A stretch of DNA of 64,000 nt from an uncultured Spirochaetales bacterium (GCA_964538705.1 CAZIEI010000003.1:62-64061); one strand, 5' to 3'. Positions 18,130 through 26,783 are shown, counted from the stretch's first letter. Numbers and translations: made by a program. Notes: generated by a model not told the origin, from the letters alone.

Positions 18130-18183
18130 GGCTAACAAAGCCTTTCCAATTACCAGCGGTAATTGGCAAAGGCTTTGTTAGCC
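18130..18183 (-). other. 25-bp hairpin spanning the rpsG stop codon
   Basis: 18130-18154 pairs with 18158-18183, giving 25 bp with one bulged C at 18167 and a loop at 18155-18157. The rpsG stop (TAA, complement of 18150-18152) and the last 9 codons lie inside the stem. Confidence 0.75.
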
Positions 18184-18620
18184 TCAGCCATCTTGTGCGT
18201 GTCTTCCTTCTTCTTAACGGCGGTGCCCTGGTTATTGAAGGCGTCAGCGAACTCCTGGGCCAGGCGGTCGGCCATGGATTTGCCGGCGCGGCCGCGGGCG
18301 GCGGCGATGAGCCAGCGCATGGCCAGGGCTTCGCGGCGGGACTCGCGGATTTCGATGGGCACCTGATAGGTGGCGCCGCCGACGCGGCGGGACTTCACTT
18401 CCACCACGGGCTTCACGTTGTCCATGGCCTTCATGAAGACCTCGAGGGGTTCAGTGTTCGTCTTCTCCTTGAGGGTGGCCATGGCGTCGTACATGATGCC
18501 GGCGGCGATGGCCTTCTTGCCCTGGACCATCATCCTCTGGATGAACTTGGACACGATCACGGAGTTGTAGCGGAAATCGGCCCTGAGAGGCCGGTTGATG
18601 GACTTCCTCTTCCTTCCCAT
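18150..18620 (-). CDS. rpsG: 30S ribosomal protein S7
   Basis: MGRKRKSINRPLRADFRYNSVIVSKFIQRMMVQGKK...ANKAFANYRW is unmistakably S7. Confidence 0.95.
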   Translation of the reverse strand: MGRKRKSINRPLRADFRYNSVIVSKFIQRMMVQGKKAIAAGIMYDAMATLKEKTNTEPLEVFMKAMDNVKPVVEVKSRRVGGATYQVPIEIRESRREALAMRWLIAAARGRAGKSMADRLAQEFADAFNNQGTAVKKKEDTHKMAEANKAFANYRW

Positions 18621-18631
18621 TGCGTTCCCCC

Positions 18632-19006
18632 TTAGGCCTTCGGCCGCTTGGCGCCGTACTTGGAACGGCCCTGCTTGCGGTCAGTGACGCCCAGGGTGTC
18701 CTTGGTGCCGCGGATGATGTGATAGCGCACGCCCGGGAGGTCCTTGACGCGGCCGCCGCGGATGAGGACCACGGAGTGCTCCTGAAGGTTGTGGCCCACG
18801 CCGGGAATGTAAGCGGTGACTTCGATGCTGTTGGAGAGGCGGACGCGCGCGACCTTGCGGAGGGCGGAGTTGGGCTTCTTGGGGGTAACGGTCATGACGC
18901 GCGTGCAAACGCCGCGCTTCTGCGGACAGCGCTGGAGGGCGGGCGCCTTGGTCCGTCCCTTGACGCCCGTGCGCCCGAGGCGGACGAGCTGGTTGATCGT
19001 CGGCAT
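18632..19006 (-). CDS. rpsL: 30S ribosomal protein S12
   Basis: [12 protein letters not shown]...[18 protein letters not shown] is unmistakably S12. The start was trimmed to the ATG at 19006 (124 aa). Confidence 0.95.
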   Translation of the reverse strand: MPTINQLVRLGRTGVKGRTKAPALQRCPQKRGVCTRVMTVTPKKPNSALRKVARVRLSNSIEVTAYIPGVGHNLQEHSVVLIRGGRVKDLPGVRYHIIRGTKDTLGVTDRKQGRSKYGAKRPKA

Positions 19007-19171
19007 ACGATATCTGCTCCCTATTCGATGACTTGAGTCCGGATACGCTTTCAATGCGCTGATGCGGAACGAGGCGGCCGAAACCCCTGGCCGGCATGGA
19101 AGGGCGCATCAGCACGATGGCGCTCCCCTGCCTTCCCGTCCCGCGTCCTGAGTGGTCCGGTACAGATTGGC

Positions 19172-19201
19172 ACTTTACCCGCCGGGGCTCGGGACTGTCA
19201 A
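19172..19201 (-). promoter_or_regulatory. Candidate sigma70-type promoter of rpsL-rpsG
   Basis: Minus strand: TTGACA (19201-19196), an 18-nt spacer, then TAAAGT (19177-19172). This would give a 5' UTR of about 160 nt containing the inverted repeat gctgatgcg/cgcatcagc (about 19060-19114). Confidence 0.4.
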
Positions 19202-19299
19202 GGGGAAGGGAGCGCGGACGCCGTGCTGGAGCTCGCGGCCTTGCCCGGGCAATCCCTTTTCTTAGAACGATTTATATCGAAATTAGTCGATCGGTGCGT

Positions 19300-21582
19300 C
19301 TAGACCAAGACGCTGCTCATGTCCCGGCTCATGCGCTCGAGTTCCTCCATTCGGTCAGAGATCTCGGAGAACGAACTCGTGAGGGTCTGGATTTCGCTCC
19401 TGAGCGCGTCGAAGGATTTCACGGCCTCCCCGCTCTCTTCTTTAGAGGATCCGATGTTCTGGAGGGCCGAGGCCAGGGTGAGGGAAGCCTTCCGCGCGTT
19501 GTCGGCGGTGCCGGAGGCCATCTTCCGGATCTCCCCGGCGATGACCGCGAAGCCCTTGCCGTTGACGCCCGCTCTCGCCGATTCGATGGAGGCGTTGATG
19601 GAAAGGAGGTTCACGTTGACCGAGATGTCTTCGATGATGGCGATGAGGCCGTTCATAGCCTTCGCGTCGTCCATGACGCGGGAAGCGCTCTCGTTGGCCG
19701 AGACGAGCTTGGCGGAGGCCTCCTTGGCGCTCGCGAGGAGCTCCTCGAGCCGCGAGATGCGCTCCACGGCTATCCCCGACACGCCCTTGATGGCGTCGAG
19801 CATGGGGATCGCGAGGGCGCGGAGGCGCTCGTTCGCGGCCTTGAGGCTCTCCTCCTGCTCGTTCTGGTCGATGAGGATGTACGCGGCCTGGAGGGAGCTC
19901 GAGATCTGGGCGCGGAGGGTCTCGTAGGTCGTGCCGTTCCTCGGTCCCATCCTCATGACGATGTAGCCGAAGTGGACGTCCCCGAAGTAGAGGGGATGCG
20001 TCACGTAGATACCCGCCATCGATTCGGAGATGCGCCCCTCGGGGAGAAATTTCCGGGGGTCGAATTCCTTCCCCAGCATGCCCGACTGGTGGCCGTCCTC
20101 GAGGGCGGCCCGCACCGAGGCCTTGGGCGGGAAGGTCCACGCTCCGGTCCCGCGCTTCACCCGCTCGGAGTAGAGGCAGAGGACGAAGGTGCTGATGTCG
20201 AGCGAGAGCAGGCTGTCCTTGATCCCGTCCATGAGTACGCCGAAGTCGAAGTCGCCGCTGATGGTCTGGAGCGCGTCCTGGAGGCGGACGAACTCCTGCG
20301 CGTTCGAGGCGCGGAGCGCCGCCTGCTTCCGCTCCATGAAATCGCCTATGTAAATGCGCATCTTCTGGAAGAGCGCGAGCTTCGCGGGCTCGCACTCGCC
20401 CTCGTGCTCCTTGATGTAGAGGGAGTACACGTGATTGAGGAAATCGTTCCATCGCTCCTGCTCGCCCGACTCCTCGGGAAGGGCGTGCATGGCCTTGTCT
20501 ATGGACGCGACGAGGGCCCTAAGCTCCTCGGGCGACCCGCGGTAGCCCAGGATGCGCGAGGCTATGTCGTTGAGGACGCTCGCGTCGAATTCCCCGCGGT
20601 CGCGGAAGAGCTCGAGGGCGAGGTCCTGGTGCGGGTCCCGCTGTTCGCGCTGATCGCGTTGATCACGCTTATCCCGATCGATCACCTCCTGGACGCCCTC
20701 GATGGAATGGGAGAGGCAGCCGCAGGAACGCCTGATGATCGCCTCGGTTTCCAGGATCACGTCCTCTACGCGGGCTTCGCCGTCCATGCGCCGCTCGAGG
20801 AGCTCCATGGCCTTGTGGGAGAGCTCGAAGAGGGGCTGGCGCACGGTGGTGAGGGGGGAGGCGATGAAGCTCGCCTCGGCGAGGTCGTCGAAACCGCCCA
20901 GGGCCATCTGGTCGGGCACGCGTATCCCGAGGCGCCCCAGTTCCTGGAAGCAGGAGACCGCCATGATGTCGTTCGCGGCGATCACCGCCTCCACGTCGCC
21001 CTTGCGCCGCGCGAAGGCGCGAGCGGCCTCGATGCCCGCGGGGGAGTTGAAGTCGCCGACGTGGAGGAGGCTCTCGTCGAAGGGTACGCCCCGCTCGGAG
21101 AGCACGGCGCGGAAAGTCCGGTAGCGCTCCTCCGCCTCCGGATGGGCCAGGGGGCCGCGGATATACGCGAATTTCTTGAAACCATGGACGTCCGTGAAGT
21201 GCCGCACCATGTCCCTGAGACCGGACGAGTTGTCGATGAGGACCGTGGGCGCGCCGGGGAGCTTGGAGCCGAGGCAAACGTAGGGGACGGGAGCGAACCT
21301 ATCGCAGAAACGCTTCAAGGCGTCCACGGTGTTCGTCGAGCCGAAGACGTTCGAGGCAATGACGAAGCCCTCGAAGCGGCCGCTCGCGAGGAAGTCGTAA
21401 ATGTAGGACTCCTGCAGGTCGCGGGATACGGGAGAGTTCATTTGGCTTCCGGGCAGGAGGACGAGGTCGATTCCGTGCTTCTCGGCGTAGGCAGCGGCGC
21501 CCGGCCAGAGGGAATTCAAGTACGCGTTGTAGATGTTGTTAACCACGAATCCCACATGCCGTTTGCCCACTATCGCCTCCAA
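19300..21582 (-). CDS. Cytoplasmic chemoreceptor-like protein: LacI-type periplasmic-binding-fold sugar-binding domain (no HTH) + GAF-like middle region + MCP signalling domain
   Basis: N-terminal ~290 aa: VGFVVNNIYNAYL...FKKFAYIRGPLAHPEAEERYRTF...IAANDIMAVSCFQELGRLGIRVPDQMALGGFDD, which is LacI/PBP1-like. C-terminus: EDISVNVNLLSINASIESARAGVNGKGFAVIAGEIRKMA, the MCP hairpin tip. No TM segment or signal peptide is visible. Confidence 0.8.
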   Translation of the reverse strand: MEAIVGKRHVGFVVNNIYNAYLNSLWPGAAAYAEKHGIDLVLLPGSQMNSPVSRDLQESYIYDFLASGRFEGFVIASNVFGSTNTVDALKRFCDRFAPVPYVCLGSKLPGAPTVLIDNSSGLRDMVRHFTDVHGFKKFAYIRGPLAHPEAEERYRTFRAVLSERGVPFDESLLHVGDFNSPAGIEAARAFARRKGDVEAVIAANDIMAVSCFQELGRLGIRVPDQMALGGFDDLAEASFIASPLTTVRQPLFELSHKAMELLERRMDGEARVEDVILETEAIIRRSCGCLSHSIEGVQEVIDRDKRDQRDQREQRDPHQDLALELFRDRGEFDASVLNDIASRILGYRGSPEELRALVASIDKAMHALPEESGEQERWNDFLNHVYSLYIKEHEGECEPAKLALFQKMRIYIGDFMERKQAALRASNAQEFVRLQDALQTISGDFDFGVLMDGIKDSLLSLDISTFVLCLYSERVKRGTGAWTFPPKASVRAALEDGHQSGMLGKEFDPRKFLPEGRISESMAGIYVTHPLYFGDVHFGYIVMRMGPRNGTTYETLRAQISSSLQAAYILIDQNEQEESLKAANERLRALAIPMLDAIKGVSGIAVERISRLEELLASAKEASAKLVSANESASRVMDDAKAMNGLIAIIEDISVNVNLLSINASIESARAGVNGKGFAVIAGEIRKMASGTADNARKASLTLASALQNIGSSKEESGEAVKSFDALRSEIQTLTSSFSEISDRMEELERMSRDMSSVLV

Positions 21583-21709
21583 CGAACCGAGATCGATCTC
21601 TCACTTCTAATAATAGTGTTAGGGGAGGCTGGATACAAGGAAAGACGGCCGTCCGGGCCCGCATTGCGCCCGGATGGCCGCCCTGCGATACTATGGGACA
21701 GGGGGTAGC

Positions 21710-22510
21710 ATGGCGGGGAAAGTCCTCATCGGCACGTCCGGATTCTCCTACGACGACTGGACCGGCCCGTTCTACCCCGAAGGCCTCTCCAAGGAAGAGC
21801 GCCTCTCCCATTACGCCCTTTTCTTCCCCTTCGTTGAGCTCAATTTTTCATATTACCAAATGCCCTCGCGGCGGGGGCTCGAAGGCATGGCGGAGCGCAC
21901 GCATCAGGGATTCCTGTTTTCCATTAAAGCGCACCGGAGCCTCACCCACGAGCCCGGTCCCGGCTGGCGGGAGGACGCCGCCGCCTTCCGCGGCGCCGTC
22001 GCGGGCCTGGCCGAGCGGGAAAGGCTCGCCTGCGTCATCCTCCAGCTCCCCTACCGTTTCAGGCACGACAAGGAGAACCGGATCTTCCTCGCGTCGCTCC
22101 TCGACGAGATGAGGCCCCTCCCCGTGGCGGTGGAGTTCCGGAACGCGGAGTGGATGACCGACCGAGTCTACGACGAGCTCGAACGCCGGGGCGCGGCCCT
22201 CCTCTGCGTGGACGAGCCCGCCCTCCCCAACCTCCCGCGGCCGGAGGCGCGGGCCACGGCGGACTTCTCCTACGTCCGCTTCCATGGCCGCAACGGGGAA
22301 TCCTGGTGGACGGGGGACAACGAGTCGCGGTACGACTGGGATTATTCCGATGAGGAGCTCCGCGAATGGCTACCGCGGATCTTCGCGCTGAGGGACAAGG
22401 CCGCGACGGTCTATGTGGCCTTCAACAACCATTCAAAGGGCAGGGCGGTGAAGAACGCCCGGGAGCTCGGCGCCATCCTGGACCTCTTCCCGGGCGGCGC
22501 GCCGGGCTAA
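21710..22510 (+). CDS. DUF72 (YecE-like) family protein
   Basis: MAGKVLIGTSGFSYDDWTGPFYPEGL...FVELNFSYYQMP...YVRFHGRN is the typical DUF72 signature. The start was trimmed to the ATG at 21710. Confidence 0.85.
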   Translation: MAGKVLIGTSGFSYDDWTGPFYPEGLSKEERLSHYALFFPFVELNFSYYQMPSRRGLEGMAERTHQGFLFSIKAHRSLTHEPGPGWREDAAAFRGAVAGLAERERLACVILQLPYRFRHDKENRIFLASLLDEMRPLPVAVEFRNAEWMTDRVYDELERRGAALLCVDEPALPNLPRPEARATADFSYVRFHGRNGESWWTGDNESRYDWDYSDEELREWLPRIFALRDKAATVYVAFNNHSKGRAVKNARELGAILDLFPGGAPG

Positions 22511-22527
22511 ACGGGCTCCCGGGACGT

Positions 22528-23796
22528 TCAATCCATCAAGTCCACGACCATCCCGTCCCTGAGCTTGGGTTCGAACCAGGTGCTCTTGGGCGGCATGATG
22601 AGGTCGGCGTCCGCGACGCGCATGATCTCGTCCATCTCCACGGGGCGACAGAGGAAGGCGACCGCGGCTCGTCCGTCCGCGCAGCGGCGCTCGAGCTCGC
22701 CCCGCCCCTTGATGCCGCCCACGAAATCGATCCGGGCGTCGGTCCGGGGATCGCCGATCCCGAGGACGGGCGCGAGGAGGTTCCGCTGGAGCACCTGGAC
22801 GTCCAGGGATTCCACGGGGTCCTCCGCGGGGAAGGTCCCCGGCAGAGCGGCGAGGCGGAGCCAGCGCCCGCCCAGGCGCATCCCGTACTCGCGCGGGACC
22901 GAGGGCTCGCTCTCCTCGGCGCCGGCGAGCTCCCTCACGGCGAATTTCTCCTTGACGCGCTCAAGGAAGGCGTCCTCTGAGAGGCCGCGGAGGTCGGCGA
23001 CGACGCGGTTGTAGGCCATGATCCTGAGTTCATCCGAGGAGAAGGAGACGGCGAGAAAGAAGTTGTAGGGCTCGTCGCCGCGGTGGCCGGGGTTCTTGGC
23101 GCGGAGGGCGTCCCGCACGCGGGCGGCCGCCGCGCTCCGGTGGTGGCCGTCGGCGATGTAGAGGCGAGGCACGCGCTCGGCGAAGAGCGCGCGGAGCCGT
23201 TCCACCGTACCTGGCTCGGAGATCGGCCAAAGCGCGTGCCTGACGCCGTCGGAAGCGCGGAAATCGGCGGCGGGCGGACGCGCGCAGGCCGCGTCGAGGA
23301 CGGCCTTGATCTCGGGCACGGGGCGGTACGCGAGGAAGGCCGGCCCCGAGTGGGAGCGAGTGGCCTCGATGTGCCGGGCGCGGTCATCCTCCTTGTCCAC
23401 GCGGGTGAGCTCGTGGCGGCGGATCGCCCCCGAGCGGTACTCGTCCACGGAGACGAGGGAGAGGACCCCCGTCTGGGATCGCCCCTTCCCGGTCGCCGGA
23501 TCGGCTACCTCCTGGCGGTAGGCGTAGAGCGTCGGCGCATCGTCGCGGAGCATCGCCCCCGAGGCGAGGAGGGCGTCGAGGTTCTCGCGGGCCTTGGCGT
23601 AGACCGCGTCCGAATGGATGTCCGTTCCCGCGGGGAGGTCGATCTCCGCGCGGCCGATCCTCAGGAAGGAGCGGGGGTTCCCCGCGGCCAGGGCCTTCGC
23701 CTCCTCCGTCGTCACCACGTCGTAGGGGGGGGAGGCGACCTCGCCCGCGAATTCGGGTCGCGGACGGTAGCCGTTGAAGGGTCGGATGATGGCCAT
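22528..23796 (-). CDS. DUF1015 family protein
   Basis: MAIIRPFNGYRPRPEFAGEVASPPYDVVTTEEAKALAAGNP...LYIADGHHRSAAA is typical DUF1015. The start was trimmed to the ATG at 23796, which is preceded by GAGGAGG. Confidence 0.85.
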   Translation of the reverse strand: MAIIRPFNGYRPRPEFAGEVASPPYDVVTTEEAKALAAGNPRSFLRIGRAEIDLPAGTDIHSDAVYAKARENLDALLASGAMLRDDAPTLYAYRQEVADPATGKGRSQTGVLSLVSVDEYRSGAIRRHELTRVDKEDDRARHIEATRSHSGPAFLAYRPVPEIKAVLDAACARPPAADFRASDGVRHALWPISEPGTVERLRALFAERVPRLYIADGHHRSAAAARVRDALRAKNPGHRGDEPYNFFLAVSFSSDELRIMAYNRVVADLRGLSEDAFLERVKEKFAVRELAGAEESEPSVPREYGMRLGGRWLRLAALPGTFPAEDPVESLDVQVLQRNLLAPVLGIGDPRTDARIDFVGGIKGRGELERRCADGRAAVAFLCRPVEMDEIMRVADADLIMPPKSTWFEPKLRDGMVVDLMD

Positions 23797-23938
23797 GGAG
23801 TCCTCCTCGGGACGGGACGGCGCGTCCCGGTCCGCGCGCAGTATGGCCGAGGGGGCCGCTTCGCGGCAACCGGTCGCCGCGAACGCCCTCGCAATCCGGC
23901 CTTCCATTCGTTATATTTACCGGGTCAGGAGGGTGGTG

Positions 23939-24127
23939 ATGAAAACGCCGAAGAACGACACGGGTTCTTTCCCACGCCCCGCGCTGGACGGATCCTTTCC
24001 CGTACCGGAAGACGGAGGCTGCTACACGAGCATCGGGCCCGCGGGCCAGGTGAGAATTCCGATTCCGGGGATGCCGAAGCGGGTTAAACCTCTCATCCCT
24101 CCGTTCTTCCCTATTTACCGTCCATGA
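23939..24127 (+). CDS. Candidate small Pro-rich ORF (62 aa), unverified
   Basis: AGGAGGG lies 6 nt upstream of the ATG at 23939. GC3 is below that of neighbouring genes and no family was recognised. It could be non-coding. Confidence 0.25.
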   Translation: MKTPKNDTGSFPRPALDGSFPVPEDGGCYTSIGPAGQVRIPIPGMPKRVKPLIPPFFPIYRP

Positions 24128-24342
24128 TCGGAGGCTAGCCTCCCCGAGACCGGAAACGATCTTCCAGCGTCACCTATCCGCGCGCCGCCTCGAACGCGCG
24201 GACAGACCCCGAACGCGGGCGTCGTCACGTCCGCTCGCCATGCGAATTCCCCACTTCAACGGAAAGCCCGCCCCGTGCTAGCCTTCGCGGGCGCGCGCAG
24301 GCGTCCCATCGGGAAGAGCGCCGCGCTTATGAGGAGGACGCT

Positions 24343-25533
24343 GTGGCCATAGCCTCGAAGATCAAGGAAGCCCTTTCGGGTTCGTCGCTCATCCGGAAGA
24401 TGTTCGAGGAAGGGCTCGAGCTTAAAAAGAAATTCGGGGCGGATAAGGTCTTCGACTTCAGCATCGGGAACCCCGACCTGGACCCCCCGCCCGAGTTCCA
24501 CGCCGCCCTCCTCGAGCTCGCGGGCGAGGATCCTACAGGCTCGCACGGCTACATGCCCAACGCCGGCTACCCCGAGGCGCGGGCGGCCATGGCGCGCAAG
24601 GTGAGCCGCGAGCACGCCGTCGACATGGATCCCGCTGGCATCGTGATGTGCGTGGGCGCCGCGGGCGGGCTCAACGTCGTCCTCAAGACCCTCCTCGATC
24701 CCGGGGACGAGGTCCTGGTCTCCCGCCCCTTCTTCGTGGAGTACCGCGCCTACGCCGCGAACCACGGCGGAGTCCTGAAGACCGTCGATCCCAAGCCGGA
24801 CTTCTCGCTCGATCCCGAGGCCTTCGCGCGCGCCCTCACGGAGCGCACGGCCTGCGTGATCGTCAACTCGCCCAACAACCCCTCGGGCCGCCTCTACCCG
24901 CGCGAGGACATCGAGGCCCTCGCGGCCGTCCTCATGGCCCACGGGAAGCGGACCGGGCGCTACCCCTTCATCGTCGCAGACGAGCCGTACCGGGACCTCG
25001 TCTACGCAGGAAAGCGGACGCCGCCCCTCATGGACGCGTACCCCAACACCATCGTGGTGAATTCATTCTCTAAGAGCCTCTCGCTCCCCGGCGAGCGCAT
25101 CGGCTATATAGCCGCTTCTCCCGCCTGCGAGGGGCGCGAGGACCTCATCGCCGCGCTCATCATGTGCAACAGAGTGCTCGGCTACGTGAATGCGCCGGCG
25201 CTCATGCAGCGCGCCGTCTCGAGGCTCGTCGATGTCAGGATGGACATGGGCCGGTACGAGGCGCGGCGGAACATGGTCGCGGAGGGCATGCGCGCGGCCG
25301 GCTACTCCTTCGCCGAACCCGACGGCGCCTTCTACCTGCTGTTCAAGTCGCCCTCCCCCGACGACGGCGCCTACGCGGATTTCCTCAAGGGCTACAACGT
25401 CCTCACGGTCCCGGGCTCCGCCTTCGGCGCGCCCGGCTGGCTCCGAATGTCGTACGCCGTTCCCGAGGCTTCGATCCGCGGCGCTATGCCGGCGTTTATG
25501 GAGGCGCTCGAGGACTGGAAGCGGAGGGCCTGA
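24343..25533 (+). CDS. Pyridoxal-phosphate-dependent aminotransferase, class I/II (aspartate/alanine aminotransferase-like)
   Basis: NSPNNPSGRLY, ADEPYRDLVY and the SFSKSLSLPGERIGY PLP-lysine motif. GTG start at 24343 is preceded by GAGGAGGA. Confidence 0.85.
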   Translation: MAIASKIKEALSGSSLIRKMFEEGLELKKKFGADKVFDFSIGNPDLDPPPEFHAALLELAGEDPTGSHGYMPNAGYPEARAAMARKVSREHAVDMDPAGIVMCVGAAGGLNVVLKTLLDPGDEVLVSRPFFVEYRAYAANHGGVLKTVDPKPDFSLDPEAFARALTERTACVIVNSPNNPSGRLYPREDIEALAAVLMAHGKRTGRYPFIVADEPYRDLVYAGKRTPPLMDAYPNTIVVNSFSKSLSLPGERIGYIAASPACEGREDLIAALIMCNRVLGYVNAPALMQRAVSRLVDVRMDMGRYEARRNMVAEGMRAAGYSFAEPDGAFYLLFKSPSPDDGAYADFLKGYNVLTVPGSAFGAPGWLRMSYAVPEASIRGAMPAFMEALEDWKRRA

Positions 25534-25588
25534 ACGTCAGCCAGGAGAGAACGAGGACCGGCCCGGCGGGCCCCGGTCAGGGAGCGGA

Positions 25589-26629
25589 TCAGCGCTTGAA
25601 GACGCCGTCCCTCATGAGATCGCCCACGAGGGAGGACGGGAGGTAGACGGACACGTCTCCGAGGCCGCGGTCCGCCTGGGTTCCGGCGGGGAAAAAGAAG
25701 AGGATGCCGTCTTCGGCGAGACCGAAGGAATCGGTGGCGCCGACCGAGTCCGCGTGGAAGCCGAGGTTGCCGAGCGAACCCGCGGGCCCGAGGCTGTAGA
25801 CGAGCTTGAGCGTGGCCGTGATCGCCTCGTCGAGCGCGGCGGCCTTGCCCGGCTTCAGGACGTCCTTGAGGGCGAGCGCCCTGCCCTTCTGCCAGGAATA
25901 CGTCGAGAGCCGCTTCCGCGATTCGAAGCCCTCGTTCGTCCGGAACTCCTCTACGTCGAAGAGGGAGAGGACGCCCGCGTAGTTGCGGTAGGGGACGAAC
26001 TGGCGCCGGTAGGAGAAGGGGCCCTCGGCGCCCATCGACGCACGCCGAGCCCTCAGCGCCTCGATCCGCGCGGGCGCTTCCTTGGAGAGCGGATTCCCCC
26101 CGAGGAAGTCGGCGCGGAAAATCTTCATGAATTCCTTTGACGCCTTCGCGGGCTCGGCCAGAGCGAGGACGGCGTCGAACCCGCCCGAGTCGCGCGCGCG
26201 CTGCATCGAGGCCTGGAAGGCGAGGGCCTTCTTGGTCTCCAGCTTGAGCGTGAAGGTTGATTTGATGGAACCGTCGGCGGCGATCCACTCGCCCTTGAGG
26301 CCCTTGCCGTCCTCGGAGAGCCGGCCCGAGAAGGAGCCCGCCTGGTCGCGGGGATCTTCGCCGGCGAGGCCGAAGGAGACGCCCTCGACTCTGCCCCTGA
26401 TGGCCATGGGCTTCCCGCCCCTTCCCCGCTGGACGTAGCCCGAGAGCTCGGAGCCGACGCAGAGGACATCCGCGCTCAGCCGCTCCTTCTTGCCGATCCG
26501 GCCCTCGAAATGGGCGATGAAGGTCCGGGTCTCCGGATCCGCATCGGCGCCGTTGCAGGAAACCAGCGTCGAGATAACTGCGAGGAAAAGGCTGGAAAGG
26601 ATGGCCGAAGGGCCGGAATTCCGTCTCAT
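25589..26629 (-). CDS. Lipoprotein, possibly DUF3298/RsiV-like C-terminal domain
   Basis: Signal peptide plus lipobox: ILSSLFLAVISTLVS-C. The domain call is from recollection of the family pattern only. Confidence 0.6.
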   Translation of the reverse strand: MRRNSGPSAILSSLFLAVISTLVSCNGADADPETRTFIAHFEGRIGKKERLSADVLCVGSELSGYVQRGRGGKPMAIRGRVEGVSFGLAGEDPRDQAGSFSGRLSEDGKGLKGEWIAADGSIKSTFTLKLETKKALAFQASMQRARDSGGFDAVLALAEPAKASKEFMKIFRADFLGGNPLSKEAPARIEALRARRASMGAEGPFSYRRQFVPYRNYAGVLSLFDVEEFRTNEGFESRKRLSTYSWQKGRALALKDVLKPGKAAALDEAITATLKLVYSLGPAGSLGNLGFHADSVGATDSFGLAEDGILFFFPAGTQADRGLGDVSVYLPSSLVGDLMRDGVFKR

Positions 26630-26734
26630 TTGGCGTCCGGGAAATCATAGACGATGCCCCGGGAGGCGTCAACCATGGGCGAATTCCGCGCCCGGAGGGC
26701 CCTCGCGGTGCCGGGGGCGGGCCGTAAATATGCC

Positions 26735-26761
26735 TAAACCTCCCCTCCGGGGCGTCGATAT
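26735..26761 (+). promoter_or_regulatory. Candidate sigma28 (FliA/SigD)-type promoter upstream of flgN
   Basis: TAAA (26735-26738), N15, then GTCGATAT (26754-26761). The consensus is TAAA-N15-GCCGATAT, so the -10 element matches at 7/8. Confidence 0.5.
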
Positions 26762-26783
26762 TGTGAACGGAGGACTCCGCGAT

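Larger units (their letters stand above)
17815..18200 (-). repeat. Tandem ~193-bp duplication: rpsG 3' end + structured downstream element + terminator (unit A 17815-18007, unit B 18008-~18200)
   Basis: The units align at roughly 80% identity by eye. Each contains, in minus-strand order, a long hairpin over NKAFANYRW-stop, a 27-29-nt GC hairpin (17907-17935 and 18100-18126), a cttcggg...cccgaag hairpin, and a gccggacc/ggtccggc terminator. Unit B's coding part is the real rpsG end. Unit A carries a pseudo-copy. Confidence 0.8.

Noticed and set aside
18016-18149. Possibility that the structured element downstream of rpsG is SRP (4.5S) RNA or another known housekeeping RNA
   Set aside because: Short resemblances (ACCAGCAGCC, GAAGCAGG) exist. 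However, the apical region lacks the GNRA tetraloop and the symmetric/asymmetric loop pattern of SRP domain IV. It also does not match the 5S, tmRNA or RNase P cores I can recall. It is left as an unassigned structured RNA candidate.
17638-18149. Missing fusA/tuf after rpsL-rpsG as evidence of a deletion
   Set aside because: An intrinsic terminator directly follows rpsG, and the str-operon gene order is not universal. Absence from this window says nothing about the rest of the genome.
20640-20690. Imperfect 9-nt DNA repeats (ctgatcgcg/ttgatcacg/cttatcccg) as a possible repeat array
   Set aside because: They lie inside the chemoreceptor-like CDS. They simply encode a short RDQ/RDK peptide repeat linker. 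They are not a CRISPR or other intergenic array.
24050-24061. 12-nt match (gtgagaattccg) to the right terminal repeat of the MITE-like element
   Set aside because: There is no matching partner repeat, TA duplication or further similarity around it. It lies inside the doubtful small ORF. It is too short to call a solo end without a genome-wide search.
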